From Candidatus Gottesmanbacteria bacterium (lineage in GTDB: Bacteria; Patescibacteriota; Microgenomatia; UBA10105; UBA927): 64,000 nt of DNA. Every line of letters begins with the position of its first letter. Position 1 is the first letter of the stretch. The stretch spans positions 25,277 to 89,276 of the forward strand of contig CAWEKC010000003.1 of NCBI GenBank assembly GCA_963809665.1, in the 5' to 3' direction. The position numbers and the translations under genes are program-made. Of this stretch, positions 54,339-64,000 are shown one piece after another. The notes beneath the pieces are model-generated. The model saw only the letters and a program-made list of their open reading frames with translations, searched no databases and was not told the DNA's origin.

Positions 54339-54683
54339 ATGATTACCGTTGAACAGAAAAAGGACAAAGCTCAAATGTCCGACCGTATCATTGTGGAAAA
54401 ATTCGGGTTAACTAAACCCGCAATGTTTATAGAGGGGATGAATAGAGACTTACATATTGATTCCATATTGAACCCGTCGGAATTCTCTGAAAGTATATCC
54501 CAGGGAGTTTTACTTCTTTCAGAGATGAAAAAGGCCGCGCAGACAATAACCCCTGCGGAAATATTTGAACAGATGACGAAAGCTATGCCCGAATTCTATG
54601 AGAACATTAGACAGTTGCCGCATGGGGAGCAATCGTTTCATGAGGCAGCCGGAGAATATCTGGTTGCACTGACAAAAAGTTGA
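54339..54683 (+). CDS. Hypothetical protein
   Basis: 114-aa ORF with an upstream TTGACT/TATAAT promoter and a purine-rich RBS. Confidence 0.6.
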   Translation: MITVEQKKDKAQMSDRIIVEKFGLTKPAMFIEGMNRDLHIDSILNPSEFSESISQGVLLLSEMKKAAQTITPAEIFEQMTKAMPEFYENIRQLPHGEQSFHEAAGEYLVALTKS

Positions 54684-54803
54684 TGTCCGGTCGGTTACGA
54701 AACGGGTACAAGCGCATGAATCTCCAAAAGATGACGCCAATTCTCGGAGCAGCCGGACCACGTTAACCGGTTTTGTCGCCCCGCCGCAGTCAGTTCTGAG
54801 GGA

Positions 54804-55452
54804 ATGATGTTGCCGGTCTCTGACAAGAAAAACGATCTTTCTATGAAATTTGATTTACGGGATTACGTTACGGATGAGATACAAAATCAAAAAATTAAAC
54901 CGCTCATTGCAGCGCTTGTTGTTTTCGGTACGTCCGGATATTTTTCATTAAAGTTTATTGCACAAGGCACCGGATTGCCGGGGGCTGATGGATTTGTAGC
55001 GGGGATTTTAATTAACGCATGGGAAAGTTTCGGGTTGGACCTCATGCTAACCGAACCGGGCACCACAAAAGGCGGGCCCGTCATGACAAGTGAAACGAGG
55101 AAAAAAATCAAGGTAATTTTGCAGAAAGCGTTAGTGTATTCAATTCCGCTTGCGTACGCGCTCGATGCAAGCTTTACCGGCATGGGAATTTTTCAGAAAT
55201 ATCCGTTGCCACCGGCAGAGGCAGGATTTCCTGCACAGGCGCTCGCTGTTGCCGGGAGGCTCTTTCATTGCAGGACTGGTTGCGGTTGCACCTGAAGTAA
55301 GTTTGAATGCCATTTCAAAATACGTGAAAGACTCTTCGGAAATAATCCCGGAAATCAATGCAGCCAAATTAACCTGTTCGGCGCTGTGCGTGCCGAAGCG
55401 GCTGCTCGGGACGGGTATTCCGGATGCTCGTCACACGGAAGATAAGGAATAG
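54804..55452 (+). pseudogene. Hypothetical membrane protein, frameshifted near 55255 (error or decay)
   Basis: The hydrophobic reading AQALAVAG continues as GSFIAGLVAVAPE in another frame after a G run. Confidence 0.4.
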
Positions 55453-56039
55453 ATCATCAAGGTAATCTGGAAGGTGATCTGGTATCCCAACTGTTTATTC
55501 TTCGGGACATGTCGTTTATCCCATCCTCAACACCATCGCAAGTAGGCTCTATAGCCTCCGTAAACGTATCCCGCTGAGGAGGGATCGTGGTAGGATCTCT
55601 GATGTACTCTGCTCTTTTTTGAAAACTTCCGATTTCGCATTATTTAAAAGTCTAGCGGTAATCTGATGTCCTTTTTCTGTCTCGAAAGATCAAATGACAT
55701 ATTTGAACACGCTAAGTTGACTTGACAGATTCTTCGGGGTCTCGGTTTCCTCTTTACCATCCGCAAAATTGTGCTTGATGCAAGAGAAGCAGCCCGGGTT
55801 CCCCATAAACTTCTGTACCGACTAAGGATTTATATTGCGTATCTTCTTCGGTGAATATATGACGTGTGATTCTATCCGGCCCTCTCTGGTGTATTTTTCA
55901 GGATTCTATGGTGATTTTTGCGTCTGTGCCTTCCGAGCATTGAAACGACACGTATTGCCCCGACGTACGCTTTATTTCCGGTTACCATATGCCATATTAT
56001 ACCAAGGGTATGCAAGTTTTGTGCTAGAATAGCTCTACA

Positions 56040-57094
56040 ATGCTTGATTGGTTATTCGGGCTTCTTTCGCATGACTTAGGGATAGATCTCGGGACGGCAA
56101 ATACCCTCGTGTATGTACGCGGTAAAGGGATTGTAATCCGCGAGCCTTCTGTCGTGGCGCGGCACCGTAAAACCAAACAGATTGTTGCCATCGGTATGGA
56201 AGCTAAAAAAATGCTCGGGAAGACCCCGACGACCATTGAGGCATTCCGGCCTTTGAAAGACGGTGTCATTGCCGATTTCGATGCGGCTGAGGCAATGCTC
56301 AAACATTATATACAGCTTGTCCACGCCTCACCCCAGCATTCCCTTCTACCCAAAATTCCCCGTCCGAAAGTGGTCATCGGTATTCCTTCGGGGTCACGGA
56401 GGTCGAAAGACGGGCCGTGCAGGAAGCGGCGATTATGGCAGGCGCGCGGGAAGCATACCTTATCGAGGAACCCATGGCGGCGGCAATCGGCGCCGGACTC
56501 CCGGTCCAGGAAACCAACGGAAGCTTTATCTGTGACATTGGCGGGGGGACTAGCGAAATTGCTGTACTGTCTTTGGGAGGCATTGTTATTTCCCGTAGTA
56601 TCCGCATCGCCGGCGATGAGATGGACGAGGCAGTCGTTAACTTTATGCGGCTCAAATATTCACTCATGATCGGTGAGCAGACAGCCGAAGATATAAAAAT
56701 TGCCGTAGGGTCTGCGTACCCGGTTGACAAATCGGAACGGCAAACGGTGGTACGCGGCCGGGATATCGAAACCGGATTGCCAAAATCCATTCGCGTGAAC
56801 GAATCCGAAATCCGTGAAACGCTCGCATCGGTTATCCACGAAATTGTTGAAGGTATAGCCGAAACCATCGAGGAAACTCCGCCGGAGCTAATCGGTGACA
56901 TCATGGAACATGGGATTGTGCTTGCCGGCGGGGGGGCATTAATCCGCGGAATCGATAAGCTTATTGCCACGGAAGTTAAAATGCCGGTCTGGATAACCGA
57001 TGACCCGCAGACGGCAGTCGTACGCGGCTGCGGGATGCTGCTGGATGACGATATATTGCTTCATAAGGTAAAGGTTGCCGCACGCAAATTATGA
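56040..57094 (+). CDS. mreB: Rod shape-determining protein MreB with a single frameshift near 56392 (probable sequencing error)
   Basis: GIDLGTANT, EPSVVA and RPLKDGVIADF, then in a second frame EEPMAAAIGAG, DIGGGT and LAGGGAL. Confidence 0.95.
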
Positions 57095-57660
57095 CGAAAC
57101 GAATTGCAACTGTTGTTTCCTGGATATTTGAACCTATCACCATGTTTTTTTGTCTTTTTGTTCTGACATTTATCCGCGGAAATGTTACGGGTGTGTTTAT
57201 ATGGATAGTTTCGGCGGCACTTCTTATCGGCGTACCCCTGGCACTCATTTTAATTGCACTCCGTAAAAAAATCGTGAGCAATTGGGATGTAAGCGAGCGG
57301 CGACAACGGCCGAAAGTGCTGGTGGTGTTGTTGGCATGGGAAGCTGCAAATGTATTTATACTCCGCGTTTTGGTTCCGTCAGGCGTACTGACAACGTTTC
57401 TATTTCTATTGACGGTTCTTGTTGGTTTTACCCTTATTACTCTGCGGTGGAAAATTTCCGGACATGCATTGGCCGCGGCACTGGCGAGTGGTATGATCGT
57501 TTCGTGGTACGGCTGGCGCTGGTGGCCGCTACTATCAATTGTCCCGTTGGTCGGGTGGGCGAGAGTCGTCAGGCGGGATCATACAGTAGGCCAGGTTGTT
57601 GCAGGAGCGGCGTATCCATGGATCCTCATCGGGATTTTCACAAAATTTTTTACTATTTAA
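57091..57660 (+). CDS. PAP2-like multi-TM protein
   Basis: KISGH and WARV..RDHT.GQV..G resemble the PAP2 C2/C3 motifs. Confidence 0.6.
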   Translation: MTKRIATVVSWIFEPITMFFCLFVLTFIRGNVTGVFIWIVSAALLIGVPLALILIALRKKIVSNWDVSERRQRPKVLVVLLAWEAANVFILRVLVPSGVLTTFLFLLTVLVGFTLITLRWKISGHALAAALASGMIVSWYGWRWWPLLSIVPLVGWARVVRRDHTVGQVVAGAAYPWILIGIFTKFFTI

Positions 57661-57675
57661 ATCTACATTCAAAGT

Positions 57676-59496
57676 ATGAAGTTAGGGAAAGCATTTTCGG
57701 ATAGTATTTCAGTGACACAAAAATCAGCGACGCGTGTTCCGCGGACGCACGGGGAGAGTTGGTGGCTTGGCGCCGGCCGCGCTCTCATATTCGCTACCAT
57801 ATTGTTTGTAGCATTTTTTGTACTGGCGTGGCGGATGTTTGATCTTACCATTATTCAAGGCCGGGAATTCCGCGCCTTGGCAGACAACAACCGGACACGG
57901 GAACTCATCATTCACGCGCCCCGCGGACTGCTTTTAGACCGGACCGGCAAACCGCTGGTTAGCAACATTGCGCAGTACCGGCTTGTCGGGAATACCACGA
58001 AAACGATTTCCAAAGAGGAAGGCGACCGTCTGGCTGGCAGCGGAATTCCACCGGGAACATTTTTAGAAGTTGACTGGCGTAGGGCGTATCTGTATCCGGA
58101 TAGTTTAAGCCAGGTGACCGGGTATACCGGTGAACTTACGGATACGGAATTGCACGACGAGTACTATCAACTGCGTGAGTATCAAGCCGGTGACAAAATC
58201 GGCAGGATGGGAGCCGAAGCATATTTTGAAGATACGCTTCGCGGTCGTGACGGTAAAGAACTTGTCGAAGTGGATGCGACCGGTAAGATTCTGCGGGTCC
58301 TGGGTCGTCAGGAAGCAATTCCCGGCGAGGACGTTACATTGTCAGTGGACGCATCATTATCCGAAGCAGTTGCTCATGCATTCCCGGTGGGAGAGAAAGG
58401 AGCGATTATAGTTGCTAAGCCCGGTACCGGAGAAGTGCTGGCATTGTATTCTGCTCCCACATTCTCCGCAAACAGGTTTTCATTGGGCATGTCGACGGGG
58501 GAATATACGGCGCTTTTAAACAATCCGGACAGGCCTATGTTTAACCGTGCAATCGGAGGCACCTATCCGCCGGGATCGACATTTAAGATTGTTCTTGCCA
58601 TAGGTGGAATGGAAGAAGGCTACGTCAAAGCGGATACGATTGTCGAGGATAACGGGACTATCACCATCGGGCAGTTTACGTTTCCGAACTGGTATTTTCT
58701 TCAGTACGGGAAAACCGAAGGCCCTGTGGATATCGTGAAAGCACTGCAACGGAGTAACGACATATTTTTCTATAAAGTCGGGGAGATGTTGGGGATTACC
58801 AAAATTGCAAAATGGGCGCGTATTGTGGGGTTGGGCAAACCATCGGGTATTGAATTATCCGGGGAGGCGACTGGTCTGGTGCCGGATCCCGCATGGAAGG
58901 CTGTTGCATTTAATACGCCCGCGGATTTGGCCGCGCATAATGATCAATGGTATTTGGGAGATACGTATCATGTGGCAATCGGACAGGGATATTTATTAAC
59001 GACACCGCTGCAGGTTAACGTGTGGACGAATATTATCGCCAGCAGCGGAAAGTTATGCCGGCCGACGATTGCCAAAATTACCGACGGAAAAGGCGACTGT
59101 AAAGATATCGGTATTAAACCTGAAACCATTAAATTGATTTCCACCGGTTTAGAGGAGGCTTGTGCAACCGGAGGCACCGGTTGGCCGTTGTTTGATTTCG
59201 GTATCAAGCGTGACGTGAGTGGCGTTGCCACGTCCTCTGGAACGTTAACCAGTATTCCGGTTGCGTGCAAAACCGGTACGGCGGAATTCGGTGATCCTCA
59301 AAACCGGACACACGCCTGGTTTACCACATTTGCACCCGTTCCGGCAGACGACGTAGCGCCGGAGGATAAAAAAGGTCCGACACTCACCGGTGACCCGGAA
59401 CTTTCCATCACGGTATTAATCGAAGGCGCGGGTGAGGGCAGTAATGTCGCCGCACCGGTTGCCAAAAAGATTTATGAGGAATGGTTCAGCCGGTAA
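57676..59496 (+). CDS. mrdA: Penicillin-binding protein 2
   Basis: APRGLLLDR, YPPGSTFK (SxxK), RSND (SxD), KTGTAE. Confidence 0.92.
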   Translation: MKLGKAFSDSISVTQKSATRVPRTHGESWWLGAGRALIFATILFVAFFVLAWRMFDLTIIQGREFRALADNNRTRELIIHAPRGLLLDRTGKPLVSNIAQYRLVGNTTKTISKEEGDRLAGSGIPPGTFLEVDWRRAYLYPDSLSQVTGYTGELTDTELHDEYYQLREYQAGDKIGRMGAEAYFEDTLRGRDGKELVEVDATGKILRVLGRQEAIPGEDVTLSVDASLSEAVAHAFPVGEKGAIIVAKPGTGEVLALYSAPTFSANRFSLGMSTGEYTALLNNPDRPMFNRAIGGTYPPGSTFKIVLAIGGMEEGYVKADTIVEDNGTITIGQFTFPNWYFLQYGKTEGPVDIVKALQRSNDIFFYKVGEMLGITKIAKWARIVGLGKPSGIELSGEATGLVPDPAWKAVAFNTPADLAAHNDQWYLGDTYHVAIGQGYLLTTPLQVNVWTNIIASSGKLCRPTIAKITDGKGDCKDIGIKPETIKLISTGLEEACATGGTGWPLFDFGIKRDVSGVATSSGTLTSIPVACKTGTAEFGDPQNRTHAWFTTFAPVPADDVAPEDKKGPTLTGDPELSITVLIEGAGEGSNVAAPVAKKIYEEWFSR

Positions 59497-60145
59497 TATA
59501 TATACCGTTACACTTGCAAACCCTAAGTATCCGAAATTACTGAAAGAAATTTCCGATCCTCCGGAAGTATTATATGTACGCGGAACCGGTTCCAGAATAA
59601 ATCTTGAAAAGACAATTGCGGTTGTGGGAACACGGTATGTAACGGCGTACGGGGTTACCGTGACAAAAAAATTGGTAACGGACCTTGTCGCCCTCGGGTA
59701 CACGATTGTTTCCGGACTCGCATACGGAGTGGATGCGGTGGCTGCCGCGGCAGCCATAGATGCAGGCGGAAAAACGATTGCGGTCCTGGGTTGTGGTATT
59801 GACATTATCTCCCCGCCACGTAACACTGATCTGTACTGGCGCATCGTACATGGTAATGGTGCAGTCATTTCCGAGGTGCCGCCCGGTGAACGTCCGGGTA
59901 AGAAAAAATTCGTGACGAGAAACAGAATTATCAGCGGTTTGTCCCTTGGTGTCGTAGTTACGGAAGGAGCCAAAAATAGCGGTTCACTGATTACGGCAAA
60001 TTATGCGGCCCAACAGGGGAGAGATGTGTTTGCAGTATCCGGTCCGGTGACGAGCAAATATAGCGGTGCAGCATCGTTTCTTTTGAAAAACGGCGCAAAA
60101 CTGGTAGAATCCGCGGATGATATTATTGAAGAATTAAATATATAA
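59474..60145 (+). CDS. dprA: DNA-processing protein DprA (core Rossmann domain only)
   Basis: YPKLLKEISDPP, AVVGTR, VSGLAYGVD, RNRIISGLS, SGSLITA. Confidence 0.95.
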   Translation: MRNGSAGNIYTVTLANPKYPKLLKEISDPPEVLYVRGTGSRINLEKTIAVVGTRYVTAYGVTVTKKLVTDLVALGYTIVSGLAYGVDAVAAAAAIDAGGKTIAVLGCGIDIISPPRNTDLYWRIVHGNGAVISEVPPGERPGKKKFVTRNRIISGLSLGVVVTEGAKNSGSLITANYAAQQGRDVFAVSGPVTSKYSGAASFLLKNGAKLVESADDIIEELNI

Positions 60146-60198
60146 AATAGAAAAATAGAAAATTATTACTGTAATTTTTGAATAATTTCGATAGATAT

Positions 60199-62247
60199 AT
60201 GAAATTAATAATTGTTGAATCGCCTACAAAAGCACGGACGCTCACCCGGTATTTAAAGGGGAAATATCATGTCGTGGCGACGATGGGCCATATCCGGGAC
60301 CTGCCTAAAAGCGATCTGGGCGTGGATGTGGAGCATGACTTTGCCCCGCGGTACATTGTCCCGCGCGATAAGGCAAAGCATGCGAAGGAATTAAAAGTAA
60401 CCGCAAAAGATGCCGATACTATTATTCTGGCAACCGATCCGGACCGGGAGGGGGAAGCCATTGCATGGCATGTGGCATTTTTATTATCACAGGAGGAAAG
60501 GAAAACAAAGAAAAAGCCGGTTGTCGACAAACCGCGCGACCCCTCAACGTTCCAGCGCATCGCATTTCATGAAATTACTGAACATGCGATTGCAGAGGCG
60601 CTCAAAAATCCGAGATCCATAGATCTCAAACTTGTTGATGCCCAGCAGGCCCGCCGTATTCTTGACCGGCTGGTAGGATATAAATTATCGCCGCTTTTAT
60701 GGCAAAAACTTTCCAAACGCTGGCTTTCTGCCGGCCGCGTCCAGTCCGTTGCCGTCCGGCTTATTGTCGAGCGGGAACGGGAGATTTCCCGGTTCCAGAA
60801 AAAAGAATTTTGGACGATTGAAGGCGACTTTTTAAGTCGTTCCGACCTTTCGTCGGGAGCACACATAATCGCACAATTGATTTCTAAAGAAGGCGTGAAG
60901 TATGAAGAAGTGTTGAGTTTTGATTTATTCGACGGAAAATATACGACAAGTTCTACCTCAATAGCCGACGAAGTTTCCGCCAAAATTATTGTCGCGGACT
61001 TGAAACCGCCGTTCACGGTAGCCGCCGTCGATAAAAAAGAAGTCCGCCGCACTCCGGCTGCGCCGTATACAACAAGTACGCTTCAGCAGGATGCGGGCCG
61101 TAAACTTTATTTTTCCGCTAAAAAAACCATGCAGCTTGCCCAGAAATTATACGAGGAAGGGTACATTACGTATCACCGGACAGACTCATTGAATCTTTCC
61201 GATAAATTTTTGGACGAAGCCCGCGCGTATATTGCCGGTACGTATGGGAAGGAATACGTGTCTGCTTCAGTGCGAAAATATCATACAAAATCGAAAGTAG
61301 CTCAGGAAGCTCACGAGGCAATCCGGCCGACGACCGTTACTACACTGAGTAACTCGCTTGACGGTGACGGGGAGGTCAACCGCGATCATCACCGCCTGTA
61401 TGAATTAATTTGGAAGCGGGCGGTCGCGTCACAGGCCGCGGAAGCCGTCTTCGATTCAACAACGATCGATATCACGAGTAGCAATTCGTATGTGTTTGAA
61501 GCGCAAGGGTCGGTCATAAAATTCGAGGGGTTTTTGAAAATCATGGGTAGGGATGTTGATGAAATAATTATCCCCAACGTGACCGTAGGGCAAATCATTA
61601 AACTCGAAAGCGCCACTCCCACCCAACATTTTACCAACCCGCCGCCGCGATACACGGAGGTCTCCCTTATCAAAACGCTGGAAGAGAAAGATATCGGCCG
61701 TCCCAGTACCTACGCGCCGATTATCTCCACGATCCAGGATCGTCAGTACGTCACGAAGGAAGATAAGAAACTTATTCCCACGGAGCTGGGTAATTCCGTG
61801 ACGGATTTTCTGGTGCAGTATTTTCCGGATATCCTCGAGTTGCCGTTTACCGCCAAAATGGAACACGATTTGGACGCTATCGCCAACGGAGAGGTCGAGT
61901 GGGTGCCGGTCATCCGCGAATTTTACACGCCGTTTGAAAAAGATCTGAATGCCGCATATGACAAAGCAGATAAGGTAAAAGTCGCCGAGGAAGTCATCGA
62001 CGAGGCGTGCCCGTTATGCGGGAACCCCCTGGTTATCCGTATGGGCAGGTTCGGTAAATTTATCGCATGCAGTACGTTCCCGGCATGCAAATATACGCGC
62101 CAGTTTTCCGAAAAAATCGACATGAAGTGCCCCAGAGACGGGGGAGACATCGTCATTAAGCGGACCCGCCGCGGCAGAACATTTTACGGATGCAGCAATT
62201 ACCCGAAGTGCACCTTCGCCGCGTGGAAGAAAGAAGACATAAAGTGA
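60199..62247 (+). CDS. topA: DNA topoisomerase I
   Basis: IVESPTKA, ATDPDREGE, SAGRVQS, ITYHRTDS, AHEAIRP, two Zn ribbons. Confidence 0.98.
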   Translation: MKLIIVESPTKARTLTRYLKGKYHVVATMGHIRDLPKSDLGVDVEHDFAPRYIVPRDKAKHAKELKVTAKDADTIILATDPDREGEAIAWHVAFLLSQEERKTKKKPVVDKPRDPSTFQRIAFHEITEHAIAEALKNPRSIDLKLVDAQQARRILDRLVGYKLSPLLWQKLSKRWLSAGRVQSVAVRLIVEREREISRFQKKEFWTIEGDFLSRSDLSSGAHIIAQLISKEGVKYEEVLSFDLFDGKYTTSSTSIADEVSAKIIVADLKPPFTVAAVDKKEVRRTPAAPYTTSTLQQDAGRKLYFSAKKTMQLAQKLYEEGYITYHRTDSLNLSDKFLDEARAYIAGTYGKEYVSASVRKYHTKSKVAQEAHEAIRPTTVTTLSNSLDGDGEVNRDHHRLYELIWKRAVASQAAEAVFDSTTIDITSSNSYVFEAQGSVIKFEGFLKIMGRDVDEIIIPNVTVGQIIKLESATPTQHFTNPPPRYTEVSLIKTLEEKDIGRPSTYAPIISTIQDRQYVTKEDKKLIPTELGNSVTDFLVQYFPDILELPFTAKMEHDLDAIANGEVEWVPVIREFYTPFEKDLNAAYDKADKVKVAEEVIDEACPLCGNPLVIRMGRFGKFIACSTFPACKYTRQFSEKIDMKCPRDGGDIVIKRTRRGRTFYGCSNYPKCTFAAWKKEDIK

Positions 62248-62261
62248 TATACTGACGGTGT

Positions 62262-62480
62262 ATGGATGATAGGCGCCGCACACTTGCTGCCATTACCCTG
62301 ATAGTCGGATTTTTGGTTTTGGTTGCCGTCATTGTCGGCGTTCTGCTGTCCGGTAAAAAAGTTCTTTCTCCCGTACCGGAGGATGAGAGCGCCATCAAAA
62401 TTATTTTTATTACGCCGACCCCTACTCAGGCCCCTATCGCATCACCAACGGTAAAACCTAAGGCAACTCCTACGCCATAA
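62262..62480 (+). CDS. Small membrane protein with PT tail
   Basis: Single TM; TATACT 8 nt before the ATG. Confidence 0.6.
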   Translation: MDDRRRTLAAITLIVGFLVLVAVIVGVLLSGKKVLSPVPEDESAIKIIFITPTPTQAPIASPTVKPKATPTP

Positions 62481-62484
62481 ACTC

Positions 62485-63093
62485 ATGTACCAACTGCTCA
62501 TTTCAGCCGATCACAGGATTTTCCTTTTTATCAATCACTGGCCGCATACACCCCTCACCGATGCCGTCGCCCTCACCCTGTCCGGTGTGTTTGCCTCAAC
62601 GGTTGTTATCTGGTTACTTTTGAGCGTTTGGTTATTTGTACGGGAAGAGACGAAGGACCATTGGTTTTTCCTGCCCGTGGCATTGGCCTCTGCGTTGAGT
62701 ATTCTGGTCACGGATATATTTCTTAAGAATTTTTTCAGCCGTAACCGTCCGCCCGTAACACTGGGCACCATCAATATAGGCGGCCCTCTTCTGGATCATT
62801 CGTTCCCGTCGGGCCACGCGACGTTTGCATGGGCGCTGGCGGTAGTTCTCGCGTCGAAGGAACCCCGCGCCAGGTGGTTGTTTTACGGATTGGCGTTTTT
62901 TATCTCCCTTTCCCGCGTATATCTTGGTGTACATTATCCCTACGACGTGATTGCAGGATCACTTATCGGTTTGGGAATCGGCAATATTTCTCTTTGGGTT
63001 GAGCAAAACATGATAAAATACCCTCATGTTAAAGTTAAACGCGAAAGAGCTTCGCACAACTCCGGTGGATCCCGAAGCGGCAAAAGACATTAA
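62485..63093 (+). CDS. PAP2 family phosphatase (undecaprenyl-diphosphatase-like)
   Basis: K..FSRNRP, SFPSGH, SRVYLGVHYPYD. Confidence 0.92.
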   Translation: MYQLLISADHRIFLFINHWPHTPLTDAVALTLSGVFASTVVIWLLLSVWLFVREETKDHWFFLPVALASALSILVTDIFLKNFFSRNRPPVTLGTINIGGPLLDHSFPSGHATFAWALAVVLASKEPRARWLFYGLAFFISLSRVYLGVHYPYDVIAGSLIGLGIGNISLWVEQNMIKYPHVKVKRERASHNSGGSRSGKRH

Positions 63094-63559
63094 AAAAAAT
63101 CCGATCACGATAATTGTTGATAACGTACTGGATACATATAATGTGGGATCCATTTTCCGTCTGGCGGATGCCGTGGCGGCCCGAAAGGTTATCTTGTGCG
63201 GAGCGACCCTCACCCCTCCCAACTCGCGGATTAAAAAGGCGTCAATCAACACCACAGGCTGGGTGACGTGGGATTATGAAAAAAACACCATGGATGCTGT
63301 GGATAAACTGAAAGAACAGGGGGTCAAGATTGTGGCTGTCGAACAGGATCCCAGAAGTAAACCATTCTACCGGGTTACGTACGAATTCCCTTTGGCTATA
63401 ATTGTCGGCAATGAAACGACGGGAATTGCCACAGACGTACTGGATGCATCGGATCTGATCGTCGAGCTCCCGATGTGGGGGATAAATAAAAGCTTAAATG
63501 TCATGGTCAGCTGCGGCATAATTCTCTACGAGATCATGAAGCAGGCGCGCTTGACTTAG
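63026..63559 (+). CDS. TrmH/SpoU family RNA methyltransferase
   Basis: NVGSIFRLAD, VGNETTGI, LPMWGINKSLNV. Confidence 0.92.
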   Translation: MLKLNAKELRTTPVDPEAAKDIKKNPITIIVDNVLDTYNVGSIFRLADAVAARKVILCGATLTPPNSRIKKASINTTGWVTWDYEKNTMDAVDKLKEQGVKIVAVEQDPRSKPFYRVTYEFPLAIIVGNETTGIATDVLDASDLIVELPMWGINKSLNVMVSCGIILYEIMKQARLT

Positions 63560-63579
63560 CCCCCGTATCCCCCTATAAT
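63551..63579 (+). promoter_or_regulatory. rRNA promoter
   Basis: TTGACT-17bp-TATAAT. A boxA-like GTTCTTTGACA lies at ~63674. Confidence 0.8.
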
Positions 63580-63741
63580 TGACAAGCAATGAGTGCCTAA
63601 GCCGTAAGACCATTGGTAAAAGGGTACAACCGTCCCGACCAACTGGTCGGGTTTTTTGGCCTCATTTTGCCTCGTTCTTTGACACTCAAATGGTGGTAGG
63701 AATTTTAATTAATGTAAGCAGTAACATGTCTTACGTTAATT

Positions 63742-64000
63742 CTTTTTGAGAGTTTGATCCTGGCTCAGGATAAACGCTGGCGGCGTGCCTTAAGCATGCA
63801 AGTCGTACGGAGATTGTGCATAGCACTAAGATAATTAGTGTTTGCTCTCCATAACTTGTTATGCCAAGCACATAATGTCAGTCATTCATATGTATTTTTT
63901 GGCGTAACGAGTGGAGCAAATGATTCTAATTATTTTCGTGCTATGCATGAAATCAGTGGCGGACGGGTGAGTATAAGCAAGGAACGTACCCTTTATTGTG
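63742..64000 (+). rRNA. rrs: 16S rRNA, 5' part (runs off the window), with a long helix-6 insertion
   Basis: AGAGTTTGATCCTGGCTCAG at 63749, AACGCTGGCGGCGTG, ATGCAAGTCG, AGTGGCGGACGGGTGAGTA. Confidence 0.98.

Noticed and set aside
56040-57094. mreB pseudogene
   Set aside because: One missing G in a G run restores GIPSGVTEVE, and both halves are otherwise well conserved.

Overview
This is a chromosomal window from a Candidate Phyla Radiation (Patescibacteria) bacterium, most consistent with Microgenomates. That assignment is inferred from the divergent 16S 5' end, an extended L1 protein and the style of the surface proteins. The genetic code is 11. Positions 1-19 kb hold a surface-structure locus: a membrane-bound excisionase/BldC-type HTH + ~10 TM + dCache sensor, an ~11 kb collagen-like gene broken by indels, a 1430-aa secreted M23 peptidase, a LytR_C protein and a stand-alone PAS-PAS protein. 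Two similar 54-bp elements with 10-bp phasing bracket the collagen+M23 pair. Positions 19-26.5 kb carry rpe-like, deoC, a PPAT-DUF359 fusion, galT, a small BldC-like HTH with phased repeats over its promoter, and a Nudix + RelA/SpoT-like protein. Positions 26.5-48.5 kb are an exploded trnT-trnY-trnT-rpmG-trnW-secE-nusG-rplKAJL cluster. It is interleaved with envelope genes (including a cohesin/dockerin pair), speD, purB-purA, a LAGLIDADG-like ORF whose stop codon lies inside tRNA-Thr, and tdh-kbl. Positions 48.8-64 kb carry a beta-CA-like gene, site-2 protease, rpmB, fmt, def, O-antigen ligase-TPR, mreB, mrdA, dprA, topA, PAP2, TrmH and the 16S rRNA start with a long helix-6 insertion. Several single-base frameshifts look like long-read consensus errors. 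All domain calls are motif recognition by eye; no searches were run.
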